NCBI RefSeq assembly: GCF_009914755.1
Contig: NC_060937.1
DNA from: the human T2T-CHM13v2.0 reference genome, Homo sapiens
Reading direction: 5' to 3' (one strand)
Length of the DNA: 64,000 nt
A program made the translations under genes and the position numbers. Under the pieces are notes generated by a model. It made no database searches. It was given only the letters and a program-made list of their open reading frames with translations, and was not told where the DNA came from. Below, in pieces: positions 53,851-64,000 of this stretch; positions within the stretch are counted from its first letter, which is position 1; every line of letters begins with the position of its first letter.

Positions 53851-54759
53851 TAATACTTATAACACATTGCTTTACATATCATATTCCTTGCCACTGGTTA
53901 GTTAACTAAAAGATGGCTTGGATGGGGGAAGAGCTAAGCCAAGATTCCAGGTGGAAACAGAGTACTCACTAAACCTAAGCATTTAGCTACAGAACTATGA
54001 TTAAGATTCTACTTTTCTAGCAATAGGCACTTGGAAATATGAGTCTGAGAAGTTGAGTAGCAACGGGAAAACTGTCTCAAGGTGTGTGAAGTGTACATGC
54101 CTCGCAAATAAAAACCAGGAGCTGTCCACGACAGTTAGCATAGCAGGGACAGGGAACTGGCTGTGTCTATACCATTGGAAACTGGCAGGTTCGAGCAGAT
54201 GGGCAGGAATTTTAGAGATACCGAAGCAGACACTGAGGGTTGCATTATGGGTGCTATAGGACATGTTGGCAGCAAGCCTAAACTCTGCAGAGTGTGAGCT
54301 ATGTGGAGAGTGACCTAGAAAGCGTGAAGTACAATACAGTGTGGGGGTTAGTTTCCCAGCCTCAGAGCAGGACCTGGAACAAGGCTGGATGATGAACAAA
54401 TGCTCTACAGAATCAGGACATCCTTCAATCGCCCTGCCTGAAGCTAGGCTGGGTAGAGCTGACTCCAGATGTGTACACCCAACTGTCATAATTAGACAGT
54501 CATCATTATCTAGAAAGAAGTGGAAAACCAACATGTATTCAAAACCCATCAACATTGACTCCTTTTCTATAGGATAACATCCAAATTCCCTAGCATTTCA
54601 AAAGGGACACCTTAGAATATAAACTTGTTTATCTTTTAAATCGAGGATCCCAATTTATCTCTTAGATAAAACATAGATTCTCTATTTTACCTTACTTCCT
54701 GAGCCCCCAAATACACATTTTAACCTCCTTATAATCCATATGATCGCTCAGAAATATCT

Positions 54760-55090
54760 CAATGCAACCCACTGTTAAAAATCAATTTCTACACCTCTTC
54801 CCCAGTGAGATTTTTCTTGATCAAACATTGCCCATTATATCTCTCTCATCTGGACTCCCATGGCAGCTATTGTCTAAATAATTTATTTCTCCATTAATCA
54901 TGGATCTACTGCATTAAGATAATTGTCTGCCCGTTGTCTTGAACTTATCTTTAACTTCTCATGTGATTATGTCTCCGTTCTCCAATCAGAATCGCAGCTC
55001 CTTGAGACCAGATCTTATTTTTGCCTTTGTATCTCCTACAGCTCTTAAAATAGGTTGTTTAAATAATAGATAACTGCTAAATATTTGTGA
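54760..55090 (+). mobile_element. L2 3' end
   Basis: agctccttgagaccag..tttgtatctcctacag..taaatatttgtga. Confidence 0.6.
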
Positions 55091-56938
55091 CTCTAATTTA
55101 ATTGTTACTATCTCCTTTAAGATACTAAGGCCCAAGGATGATGAGGTTTTTTCTGCGTTCATGGTTTACTCGTACATTTTGTCAGCGTTACTCTAATTTC
55201 CATTCCTCTTCTGATAAAAAGTGTTTGCCATAGTAACAGACTTTCCTGGGGATGCTCAATCCTTAGTAATAAGCACAGATGCAGATTTCTTGGCCAAAGT
55301 TAAAATGCACACACTGACAATTTAAAAGGCAATATGTTGGGAAAATATACCAAAAGATTATTTTTCTTTGTTTTTCCTCTGAGCCTTTATTTAAAGGTCT
55401 TTTCCAAAAGATAAATATTGTCACTCATTTATTGTGTATTTCAAATTGCTTGAGGTTTTATGGTTTTGCTTTTCATGTTTTTTTACACAAGTCCAAGAGC
55501 TTTGAACACTGAGTCTACTAGGTCTGGCGAGAATACCCTGCAGCTTGATATAAATTCTTTTTTGCTTTCTTCAAGATGAGAAATCTGTGGTAGAATAGCA
55601 CTCAGGGAGAAAGGGAATTGTAGACAGAAGACAGATTAAGGCTACATTTTTTTAAATAAACCATTGAGTTGGCATTAGAGTAGCCTCATTTTGCCTCTGC
55701 TCCCTCAACTCTCAGGGGACTTAATAATTGTCACCTAGTGTATTTGTCTAGGTAAGCCAGGTGTCAATCACACAGCTCCTCGGAAGAGAGTTTAAGAAGG
55801 TGACCCAGATCTCTGGTGACCTATCTTCCCTGAAATCCCTCTTCTTGTGCAGGAGCTTGTGTTCCTCTAGACAGCATGGGGTCCTATTGATTCCTCTGCC
55901 TGACTCACTCTCCACAGTGGGCAAAAGGACCGGCTTCAGCAGCACCGGAGGTAGCACATCTCATCAAAGTGGTTGTGCTTTCACCAACATTACAAGGTCA
56001 GACAAGCTAAGTAGCTATGATTGTTCCCCAAGAAAGTGTGACTTCCAAAGTCTAAGCTTCCTGGAGGGACTTAATTATAAAAGGCAGCCCATGTTCCTTT
56101 TGGCTTTGAAAATAAGCTGAGCTCCTTGCTGGTAGAGAAAAACAAGAACATATTGACAGATTGATTTCTTGTCGTGCACTGATTTCCATCATAAGCAAAA
56201 AGTCTGTGCTGTTCAGAAGCAGAAGAAACAGAGGGTACCAATTTGCCATATTTCATTTTTGTGTTTCCAGTGCTCGCGTCACATTCGAAAAGGAGGCTCA
56301 GGCTGACCAAGGTTGAAGACAGATGGCTAGAGTCACACATTATTCTTTTGTTTCACTACTTTTCACACTGCCCACCACCTATTTTTTTTCAATCTCTTTA
56401 TATTGTTTAATTGATTTGAATTTCCTTTCTCCACCAATCTTTCCATTTTTCTTAGTTTCACTGAATTGGCAAACTCTTAAGAGTTTGCAAGTTTGGAATT
56501 TCATTTGTCCAAATGAGCTACTCTTTGGGAGAAATGAAGGCCAAGTTAGGTGATGCAGAAACAAGCAGTTTTTCATTAGTGATATTAGTCCCTTTCCTGC
56601 ATCTGCCCTGCCCCCACACCACGGATTATCTCTTATATCAGGCATTTTCACAACTGATTATATGGTCTGTACAATGAATTCAAACTGTGCAACAGGTTCT
56701 CACAGACACCAAAACAATGTTTTGGTTTGTTTTGATGCAGTTGTTTTGCTTATGCAATTGCCTTCAGGCCTAACACTTCAGAGCACTCTATCTACACTAA
56801 TGTTTACATAAGTCAAATTCGACATAAATGAATCTGAATCAGCTCTTCTAGGTCAGAAAATGAGAAGACCCCTAATTTTCTGATATTTTTAGAAATTTCT
56901 CTCTACGTGGAAAATGACTGCCTAAAGAGGACAATTGC

Positions 56939-57314
56939 TGATATGGGTTGGCTGTGTCCCCACCCAAATCTCATCTTGAATCGTAGCTCCCATAATCCCC
57001 AAGTGTTGTAGGAGGGACCCAGTTGGAGGTAACTGAATCATGGGGGTGGTTACTCCCATGCTGTTCTCATGATAATGAGTGAATTTTCATGAAATATGAC
57101 GGTTCTGTAAAGGGTTTTCCCCCTCTGTGCTCAGCACTTCTCCTTCCTGCCACCATGTGAAGAAGGACATGTTTGCTTCCTCCTCCACCATGATTGTAAG
57201 TCTCTTGAGGCCTTCCCAGCCATGCTGAATTGTGAGTCAATTAAACCTCTTTCCTTTATAAATTACCCAGTCTTGGATATGTCTTTATTAGCAGTGTGAG
57301 AACAGACTCATACA
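56939..57314 (+). mobile_element. THE1C-like MaLR solo LTR
   Basis: tgatatgggttggctgtgtccccacccaaatctcatcttgaa..gagtcaattaaacctctttcc..gactcataca; TSD attgc/attgg. Confidence 0.97.
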
Positions 57315-57777
57315 ATTGGCCTGGTGAAACCCCTGAGTCATGATACACAAAATGCAAATTGGTGTCTGGCAACTTAAAGAATGTTTTAGCACTTAAATGT
57401 TCCTGTTTTTGAAAAAAGTAACATTTATCAAAGACATTAAAAATAATTATAAATGTAGCATTGTTTGTTTGACTTAATTTTATGTGATTATTATGTTTCT
57501 GGAGAAAATCAATTTATTAGAAACTATAAATTTTCCTTATTGCCTCCACATGAAAGAATCTTGATTGTGACAAGAGAGTGGAGACACATTTGCAAATATC
57601 GTGAGGGTTCTAGAAGGGTGTTTCTGGTGATGACATCCTCTGCTAAAATCCTGGCTTGCAAAGGAAAGCAGCCAGGTGTGAGGCAGCCCATACACAAAGG
57701 GGCACAAGCATGAAAAGGGAGACAGATCTTTTTTGTTAAGTCAGGCCATAAGCTGAAGTTAACATTTTCGAGACTGA

Positions 57778-58201
<424 letters not shown>

Positions 58202-58419
58202 TAATGTCTTGGGGCAGCATCACATGTTTGTCTTCCCCCAGGTTGAGAATAAGAAAGATGCTTCCCAGCCTTGAACACCAAATACAACATGCACAATAAA
58301 CAAGTCAGGGCAAAGAGGAAAGTTACTTTCTTCGGTACACTAAAAAAAGGGTGGGGGGAAGGGGGAATTAGTGCAATTGGAAATTGAGAAGTGAGTGGGA
58401 TAGAAAAGGGAACACTCTC

Positions 58420-59860
58420 TATGCGGACATTTATAGGCATCTGAAAATCAACAAGGCTAACGCAGAACACTTAACCATCTTCCTCCAGTCTTGTTTCACC
58501 CCTGTGTCTACCAGCTTGGTTCACGGCACCATTGTCTGCTCGGTACCTAGAGCCAGAAGCACAGGAATCATCCTTCTTGCCTCCTTCACCATCACCCTCA
58601 CACCCAGCCCATCCCCAGCCATCTGTCCATCTCCCACCATGACCACCTTTGTCTGTGACTCCACCAGCTCTCCCCAGAATCGCCAGCTGCCCTGGTTCAC
58701 TGCTGCCCCCGACAGCTCATCATTCCCATGACAGGTACATCTACCCCACCTACAAGCTCTGTCTCACAGCTGCAGTCACCCCCACCATCCCCACCACCCC
58801 ATGCACGATAGAGCACCATCACTGCCTTGTCTGGGCAGAGGCCTGCCAGCCTCCTCATTGCTTTTTTACCCTGTTTATAGTACTTTGCCGCTCAGCAGCA
58901 AATGGCCTTCTTAAAATAAAAATCAGATCATAGGACCACATTATTTGAAAATCCTTACCTGATTTCTCTTTGCCTGCAGAACAAAATCCAAACTTTTCCC
59001 ATAGCCTACAGGGTCAGCCCTGACTGAGCTCCTACTGTTTAGCTCCTGCATCTTTTCCTGGGACTGACACATAGCACCACAGGCTTGGTGGCTTAAACAA
59101 CAGAAATGTGTCCTCCCACAGTTCTGAAAGCTGGAAGTCTAAAACCAATGAGTTTTCAGGGCCATGCTCCCACTGCAGGCTCAAGGGAGGACCCTTACTT
59201 GCCTCTTGCAGCCTCCACTGTTGCCAGAAGATGTGGCATCCCTTGGCTTGCACGTGCATTGCTACAATGTCTGCCTTCCTCTTCTTCCTCTTGTGCCCAA
59301 TTTCCCTCTTCTCATAAAAACACACTCACTGGATTAGGGCTCACTTTAGTCCACCTCTTTTAACTTCATGGCATCAGCAGATACCCTATTTCCAAACAAG
59401 ATCTCATTCACATGTTCAAGATGGGTGAATTTCTACAAGGACACTATTCTACCCAGCACAACTATCCAGCCTCAGAGCTCATATTTGCACCTTCTCTGCC
59501 ATATTCAGCCACATTGGGCTCTGCTTAGCTCCTGCTGTGGTCTTTGCCCCTCAGGATATCCCATAGGCCCCAGGCTTGGGATGTTCTCCCCATCCACAAC
59601 TCGTGTCTGGTTGCTTCTCATTGTTCGAATTTCAACTTAAGTGTCACTACTCCAGAGAAGATTTCCTGCTCACCTACTTAGGATAGGACATTCTATTTTT
59701 TTAACTGACATTTTACTTGTTATTTCCTCTCCTTTTTCCAGCTGGAGTATAATCTCCTTGGAGGCAGTTATTTGTCTGTGGTGTTCACTGTATTATCTCA
59801 GTGCATGGCCCAGCAGGTGCAGCTCTCCTTTGATTAGTTTTGGGATCAATCAATGGTTAG
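58420..59860 (+). mobile_element. L2 fragment split by MLT1C
   Basis: aggcatctgaaaatcaaca..agccagaagcacaggaatcatcctt..agaacaaaatccaaact; resumes at 59461 and ends gtgcatggcccagcaggtgc. Confidence 0.75.
59047..59460 (-). mobile_element. MLT1C-like MaLR solo LTR
   Basis: ggtggcttaaacaacagaaatg..cagggccatgctccc..ccttggcttg..accctatttccaaacaag..ctattctacccagcaca. Confidence 0.9.
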
Positions 59861-59999
59861 GTAATTGACCAAACATCTTTGTGTCCTGGTTAACCCATTC
59901 CTGGAAGACAGAGAGGTGCAGACTGCAACATTTGCATATGGACTCCATTTCAGCAATGTATATGTGGCTTAGTATCACCAGTGCACTCTTCCTCTGCAT

Positions 60000-60226
60000 C
60001 AGTGTCCCTCAGCTGCTTTCATTATCACCTTCTTAAGGAGCCTTTTAAGACATTTTTTCTTAACCCTCCTCATGAAATTTTAATATCATAGATATATGGT
60101 ATATCTGTGTGTGTGCTATGGTCACTTGAAGGCCCACAAACTACTGCACAATCTAAGGGTTTTCTTGCCAGCCAAGCATCAACTTTTGCCTCCTGGGGAT
60201 AATAGCACACCCTTGAAGAATGCATG
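60000..60226 (-). mobile_element. hAT-Charlie MITE (MER112-like)
   Basis: aaggagccttttaagacattttttc..catgaaattttaatatcatagatata..; degenerate 8-bp TSD ctctgcat/atctacat. Confidence 0.65.
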
Positions 60227-60885
60227 ATCTACATAATCAATGATTTCTCCATTCTGTGTTTAGGAAAGGTGCATGGGGATCAACTATATCTTTTGAAATT
60301 CTGTCTTCTATTTCCAACTGAATAGTTCTTAATATACAATCATCCTGATCTTAAAATTTGGTGAGATGTGTGTGTACTTTCCTATGGATAGAAATGTCAA
60401 CATCTTCCCTTGGAGGATGGAAGAGTTTCGAAATGTATTACTGGCTGAGCGTATCTTCCCTGTCTCTGACTTTGGTTGGGGATTGAACAAAAGAGATAAG
60501 AAGGAGAGGAACAGGCAAGTATGTTGTTGAGCCTATACCAAGTGACAAGTACCATATTAGTCACTTTGCATCATGAATCAGAAAAGAAAATTCACTATGT
60601 AATACCATGATAAAGAATATTTAAATATCTTAGGTGTTAAGAATAAATAAAATACATATTAATTTTTTAATGCCAAGCCTCACAGTATCTCACCACCCCT
60701 CAACAAGGAAGGCTTCCTGGCCTTTTTGCAGAAGGAAGCAGACCCCACTTAGTTTGTTTCCATGAAGCAGTCAGCCCGGCCAGGAACAGAGTATATTCCC
60801 TGCCGATGCACACTTGTGTCTGTCCTCGGTTGATGCCTCTGCTCTCTGTGTTTGTGACTGAAGTTTGAGCGTGGGCCAGATGCCA

Positions 60886-60902
60886 GGCCAGCAGATGGCC
60901 GA
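60886..60902 (+). promoter_or_regulatory. Candidate CTCF site
   Basis: GGCCAGCAGATGGCCG; core CCAGCAGATGGC matches, 3' positions imperfect. Confidence 0.3.
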
Positions 60903-61828
60903 AACGATAAGCATATGTCCAGTAGCAGGTATGTGCAGCTCATTTGATCATTAATCAAAAACTGTCCCTTGCAGGTCACAGGCGTGATTCTTACAGCTTA
61001 TCCTCACGTGAGGGGTAAGGGCTGTGCCATCTTAACCTGTGCTGAGCACTGGCTTAACCCTGCAAAGGTTCAGAACAAAAACTCCTTCCAGCTGCAACTC
61101 TTGTGGCTCTGACAGATCGAGGTTGGATGAAGGGGCTCATCATGGTTTCCCTTCCTGAGAGCACTCTTCCAGCAAAAGTCTGTGGATAGCAGTGGATTCC
61201 GTGGCTCTGCCCTATCTCCTGGCAATTGCTGCTACTCTCCATGGTGAAAGACCCATAGGCTGTGCAGGGTGGTAACCGCCCACACGTGTGTTCCTTTAAG
61301 AAACCTAGGGGCCCTCCTGGGATGCTGCAGCCCAATCGCATGAGGCTGGCCTATCATTACAGGTTCTCACCATCTGCAGTTTGTGTGTTTGGAATCTTCT
61401 CTCACTATGAGACATAAACCGGCCAAAATGGCAGATTCACTTCTCATATTGGTACTGCTCATTCCAGATGCATTTAAACTCTTTTAAGTTGATTCAGACA
61501 AGAATGACCAGGTCCCCACCCACGAGACCCCTGTAGCACTAGGCCTTCCTCATTCACTGATGAAAGCAAACCCAACCAATAAGGCAGCCCCCATCCTGAT
61601 GCTTGGTCAAGAGAAAGAAGACAGGAACCTGGAATGACAGCTCACAGACCCTCCCACATGCTGCAATGACCTTCAGCAATGTTGGAACCCGCTTTCTATT
61701 TCCAGCACCAACCACAGAGCTGCACATCTGGGAGCTGTTCAATAAACACTTGCTGAGTAAATGAATGAAGGAAACTCTCACAACCTCCCGGTGCTTTCCA
61801 CGGTGAGGTGAGGTCTGACAGTTTCTAC

Positions 61829-62398
61829 TTTTTAAATTATTATTATTATACTTTAAGTTCTGGGGTACATGTGCAGAACATGCAGTTTTGTTAGACAGGT
61901 ATACATGTGCCATGGTGGTGTGCTGCACCCATCAACCCATCATCTACATTAGGTATTTATCCTAATGATCTCCCTCCCCTAGCCCCCCAACCCCTGAGAG
62001 GCCCCAGTGTGTGATGTTCCCCTACTTGTGTCCATGTGTTCTCACTGTTCAACTCCCACTTATGAGTGACAACATGCAGTGTTTGGTTTTCTGTTCCTCT
62101 GTTAGTTTGCTGAGAATGATGGTTTCCACCTTCACCCATGTCCCTACAAAGGACATGAACTCATCCTTTTTAATGGCTGCATAGTATTCCATGGTGTATA
62201 TGTGCCACACTTTCTTTATCCAGTCTACCATTGATAGGCATTTGGATTGGTTCCAAGTCTTTGGTATTGTGAATAGTGCTGCAATAAACATATGTGTGCA
62301 CGTCTCTTTATAGTAGAATGATTTGTAATCCTTTGGGTATATACCCAGTGATGGGACTGCTGGGTCAAATGGTGGTTCTGGTTCTAGATCCTTGAGAA
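61829..62398 (-). mobile_element. L1PA7/8-like 5'-truncated 3' end
   Basis: ttattatactttaagttctggggtacatgtgcagaac..; ORF 62049-62402 is the L1 ORF2 C-terminus (PFDPAVPSLGIYPKDYKS..WIKKVWHIYTMEYYAAIKK). Confidence 0.96.
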
Positions 62399-62964
62399 AC
62401 ATTTGCTAAGAGTGATGGCTAGGGGCTAAGACATATACTCCCACTGGATTCTCAGAGCAGTTATGAGAGGAAGCCGGGCATACGTTACACCCCAGTAATA
62501 TGAGATGATGGTGACTTGTCATATTTTACCCATTTGTTTACTCAGCAACTATTTGTTAAACATCATGTGTCAAGCTGTGCTTAAAGAGCAAGGAATATAT
62601 AGAGAGAAACCAGACAGGCAAGATACTTGTTCTCATTTGAGTCACCAGGTCCAGGTCCACAGTGCCACAGAAAGGAGGCTGGCAAGTATGTGGGGGCCTG
62701 AGAGGGCCTTGTTTTCCACAGTTAGAAGAGTGGGCTCCCTACTAATTAAACAGGAGGAAAAGGCATAAAGTAGTCATATTTGCAGTTCAGAATGTCACTC
62801 CAGCATCACTGGGGAGAATGTACTGAGACTGGGAACATTCTGAGGCCAGAGGCAAGGACAAAAGTGCAGGAGTATTGGATAATTGTAAGCAAATGTCTAG
62901 TGGAAAGAATCTGTAATAGGATATTCAGCAATCCTTACAAGAAATCTTTGCAAAATAGTAAGGA

Positions 62965-63250
62965 GGCCAAGCGCAGTGTCTCATGCCTGTAATCCCAACT
63001 CTGGGAGGCTGAGGTTGGAGGATTGTTTGATCCCAGGAGTTTGAGACCAGACTTGGCAACATGGCAAGGCCCCATCTCTACTAAAAATACAAAAAGTTCG
63101 CTGGACATGGTAGCATGCACCTGTAGTCCCAGCACTCAGAGAGGCTGAGGCAGGAGGATCATCTGAGCCTGGGAAGTTGAGGCTGCAGTGAGCTGTGGTG
63201 GTGTCACTGCACTCCAGCCTGAGCGACAGAAAAAATAATAATAATGATAA
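62965..63250 (+). mobile_element. AluJb-like
   Basis: ggaggattgtttgatcccaggagtttgagacc..ggaggatcatctgagcctgggaagttgaggctgcagtgag; (TAA)n tail; degenerate TSD ending taagga. Confidence 0.95.
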
Positions 63251-64000
63251 TATAATTAAGGAAAAGGGGGGAAGGGATGAAAGGGGTGGCATAGACAATT
63301 CTTGTTAAGTTATTGAATGTAGATCTTGGAGGAAAGAAAAAATTAGGGGGAGATTCTGCTGATGGAATCCGCTGACTGGAAGGACACCTTCAGGAACAGC
63401 TCCGCTTCCACCCCACCCCCATCTTCACATGCACTTGATCCAACCAGGGGCCCTTCCCCGGCTGGGTCTTTTAGCTTCCCACTCACTTTCCAGGATTAGA
63501 AAGTTCAACCCAAGTGTCTTAGGTTTTGTATCTGTCTCAGTGCATTTTCCCTCCATTCACTCTGGCTTGACCTCAAGGGGAGAAGAGGGAAAGGTCCTTC
63601 GTGCTGCAGTTCAACCTCCCTAAACCCCTGTGAGGCTTCCTACTCTTCATACCCCAGAGCTTCCCCTGGAGGCTGAGGTGAGGGAGGCCGTGTGAAAAGG
63701 AATGAAAGGGAACCTGAAAACATATTTCCACTTAGCTGATGCTGGGCCTCCCTCTCTCATTGGCCAAGGCCCCGAGTCATGGCAGCCATTCAAGGCTGGC
63801 TTCTACATTGCGTGCAGTTGAGGGTCCTTCTGACTCCTCACCCGGGAGCTCCCCGTCTCCACAATCCGCTGGCAGGGTCAAGGCACTTCCAGCTCTCTTG
63901 CCTTTCCCAGCCCTCAGCTCCTGCCCTGTGGTCTCCCTGCAGGTCCTTTTTGCTGCAGTCCTTTTGCTCCAGAAACCCTCCCTCCTGACTCAGGTCTTTC

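Noticed and set aside
54001-54555. Longest ORF in the track (184 aa, minus strand)
   Set aside because: No recognisable domain or motif, composition typical of random non-coding translation, no promoter or splice context
63700-64000. Possible promoter (ATTGG, AP-1 TGACTCA, higher GC)
   Set aside because: No CpG island or TATA/Inr arrangement; the motifs are short and common; truncated by the window end

Overview
Primate (most likely human) non-coding genomic DNA, intergenic or intronic. It contains Alu, L1PA and THE1 elements, and roughly half the window is recognisable interspersed repeat (estimated by eye). I found no credible protein-coding gene, tRNA/rRNA, CpG island or CRISPR-like array. 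The listed ORFs are repeat-derived or chance ORFs; the only real protein homology is a dead Tigger4 (Zombi) pogo-family transposase and L1 ORF2 fragments. Repeats include Alu J/S/Y-like, MIR, L2, CR1/L3, L1PA/L1MB/L1ME, MaLR LTRs (MLT1, MST, THE1), ERVL LTRs, and DNA transposons (MER2, MER58A/B, Tigger2a, MER82, MER44A, Tigger4, MER1B, MER20, MER112/113), often nested and with visible target-site duplications (TSDs). Most notable: a tandem Alu pair at one target site sharing private mutations (likely gene conversion), a ~29-copy 23-bp minisatellite apparently born inside an L2, a near-full-length Tigger4 with an L1PA inserted at its start codon, a repeat-free homeobox-motif-rich candidate enhancer, CTCF motif matches and possible lncRNA exons. 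I see no support for a previously undescribed biological system. Subfamily names come from recalled consensus sequences and need RepeatMasker/Dfam confirmation; the locus was not identified.
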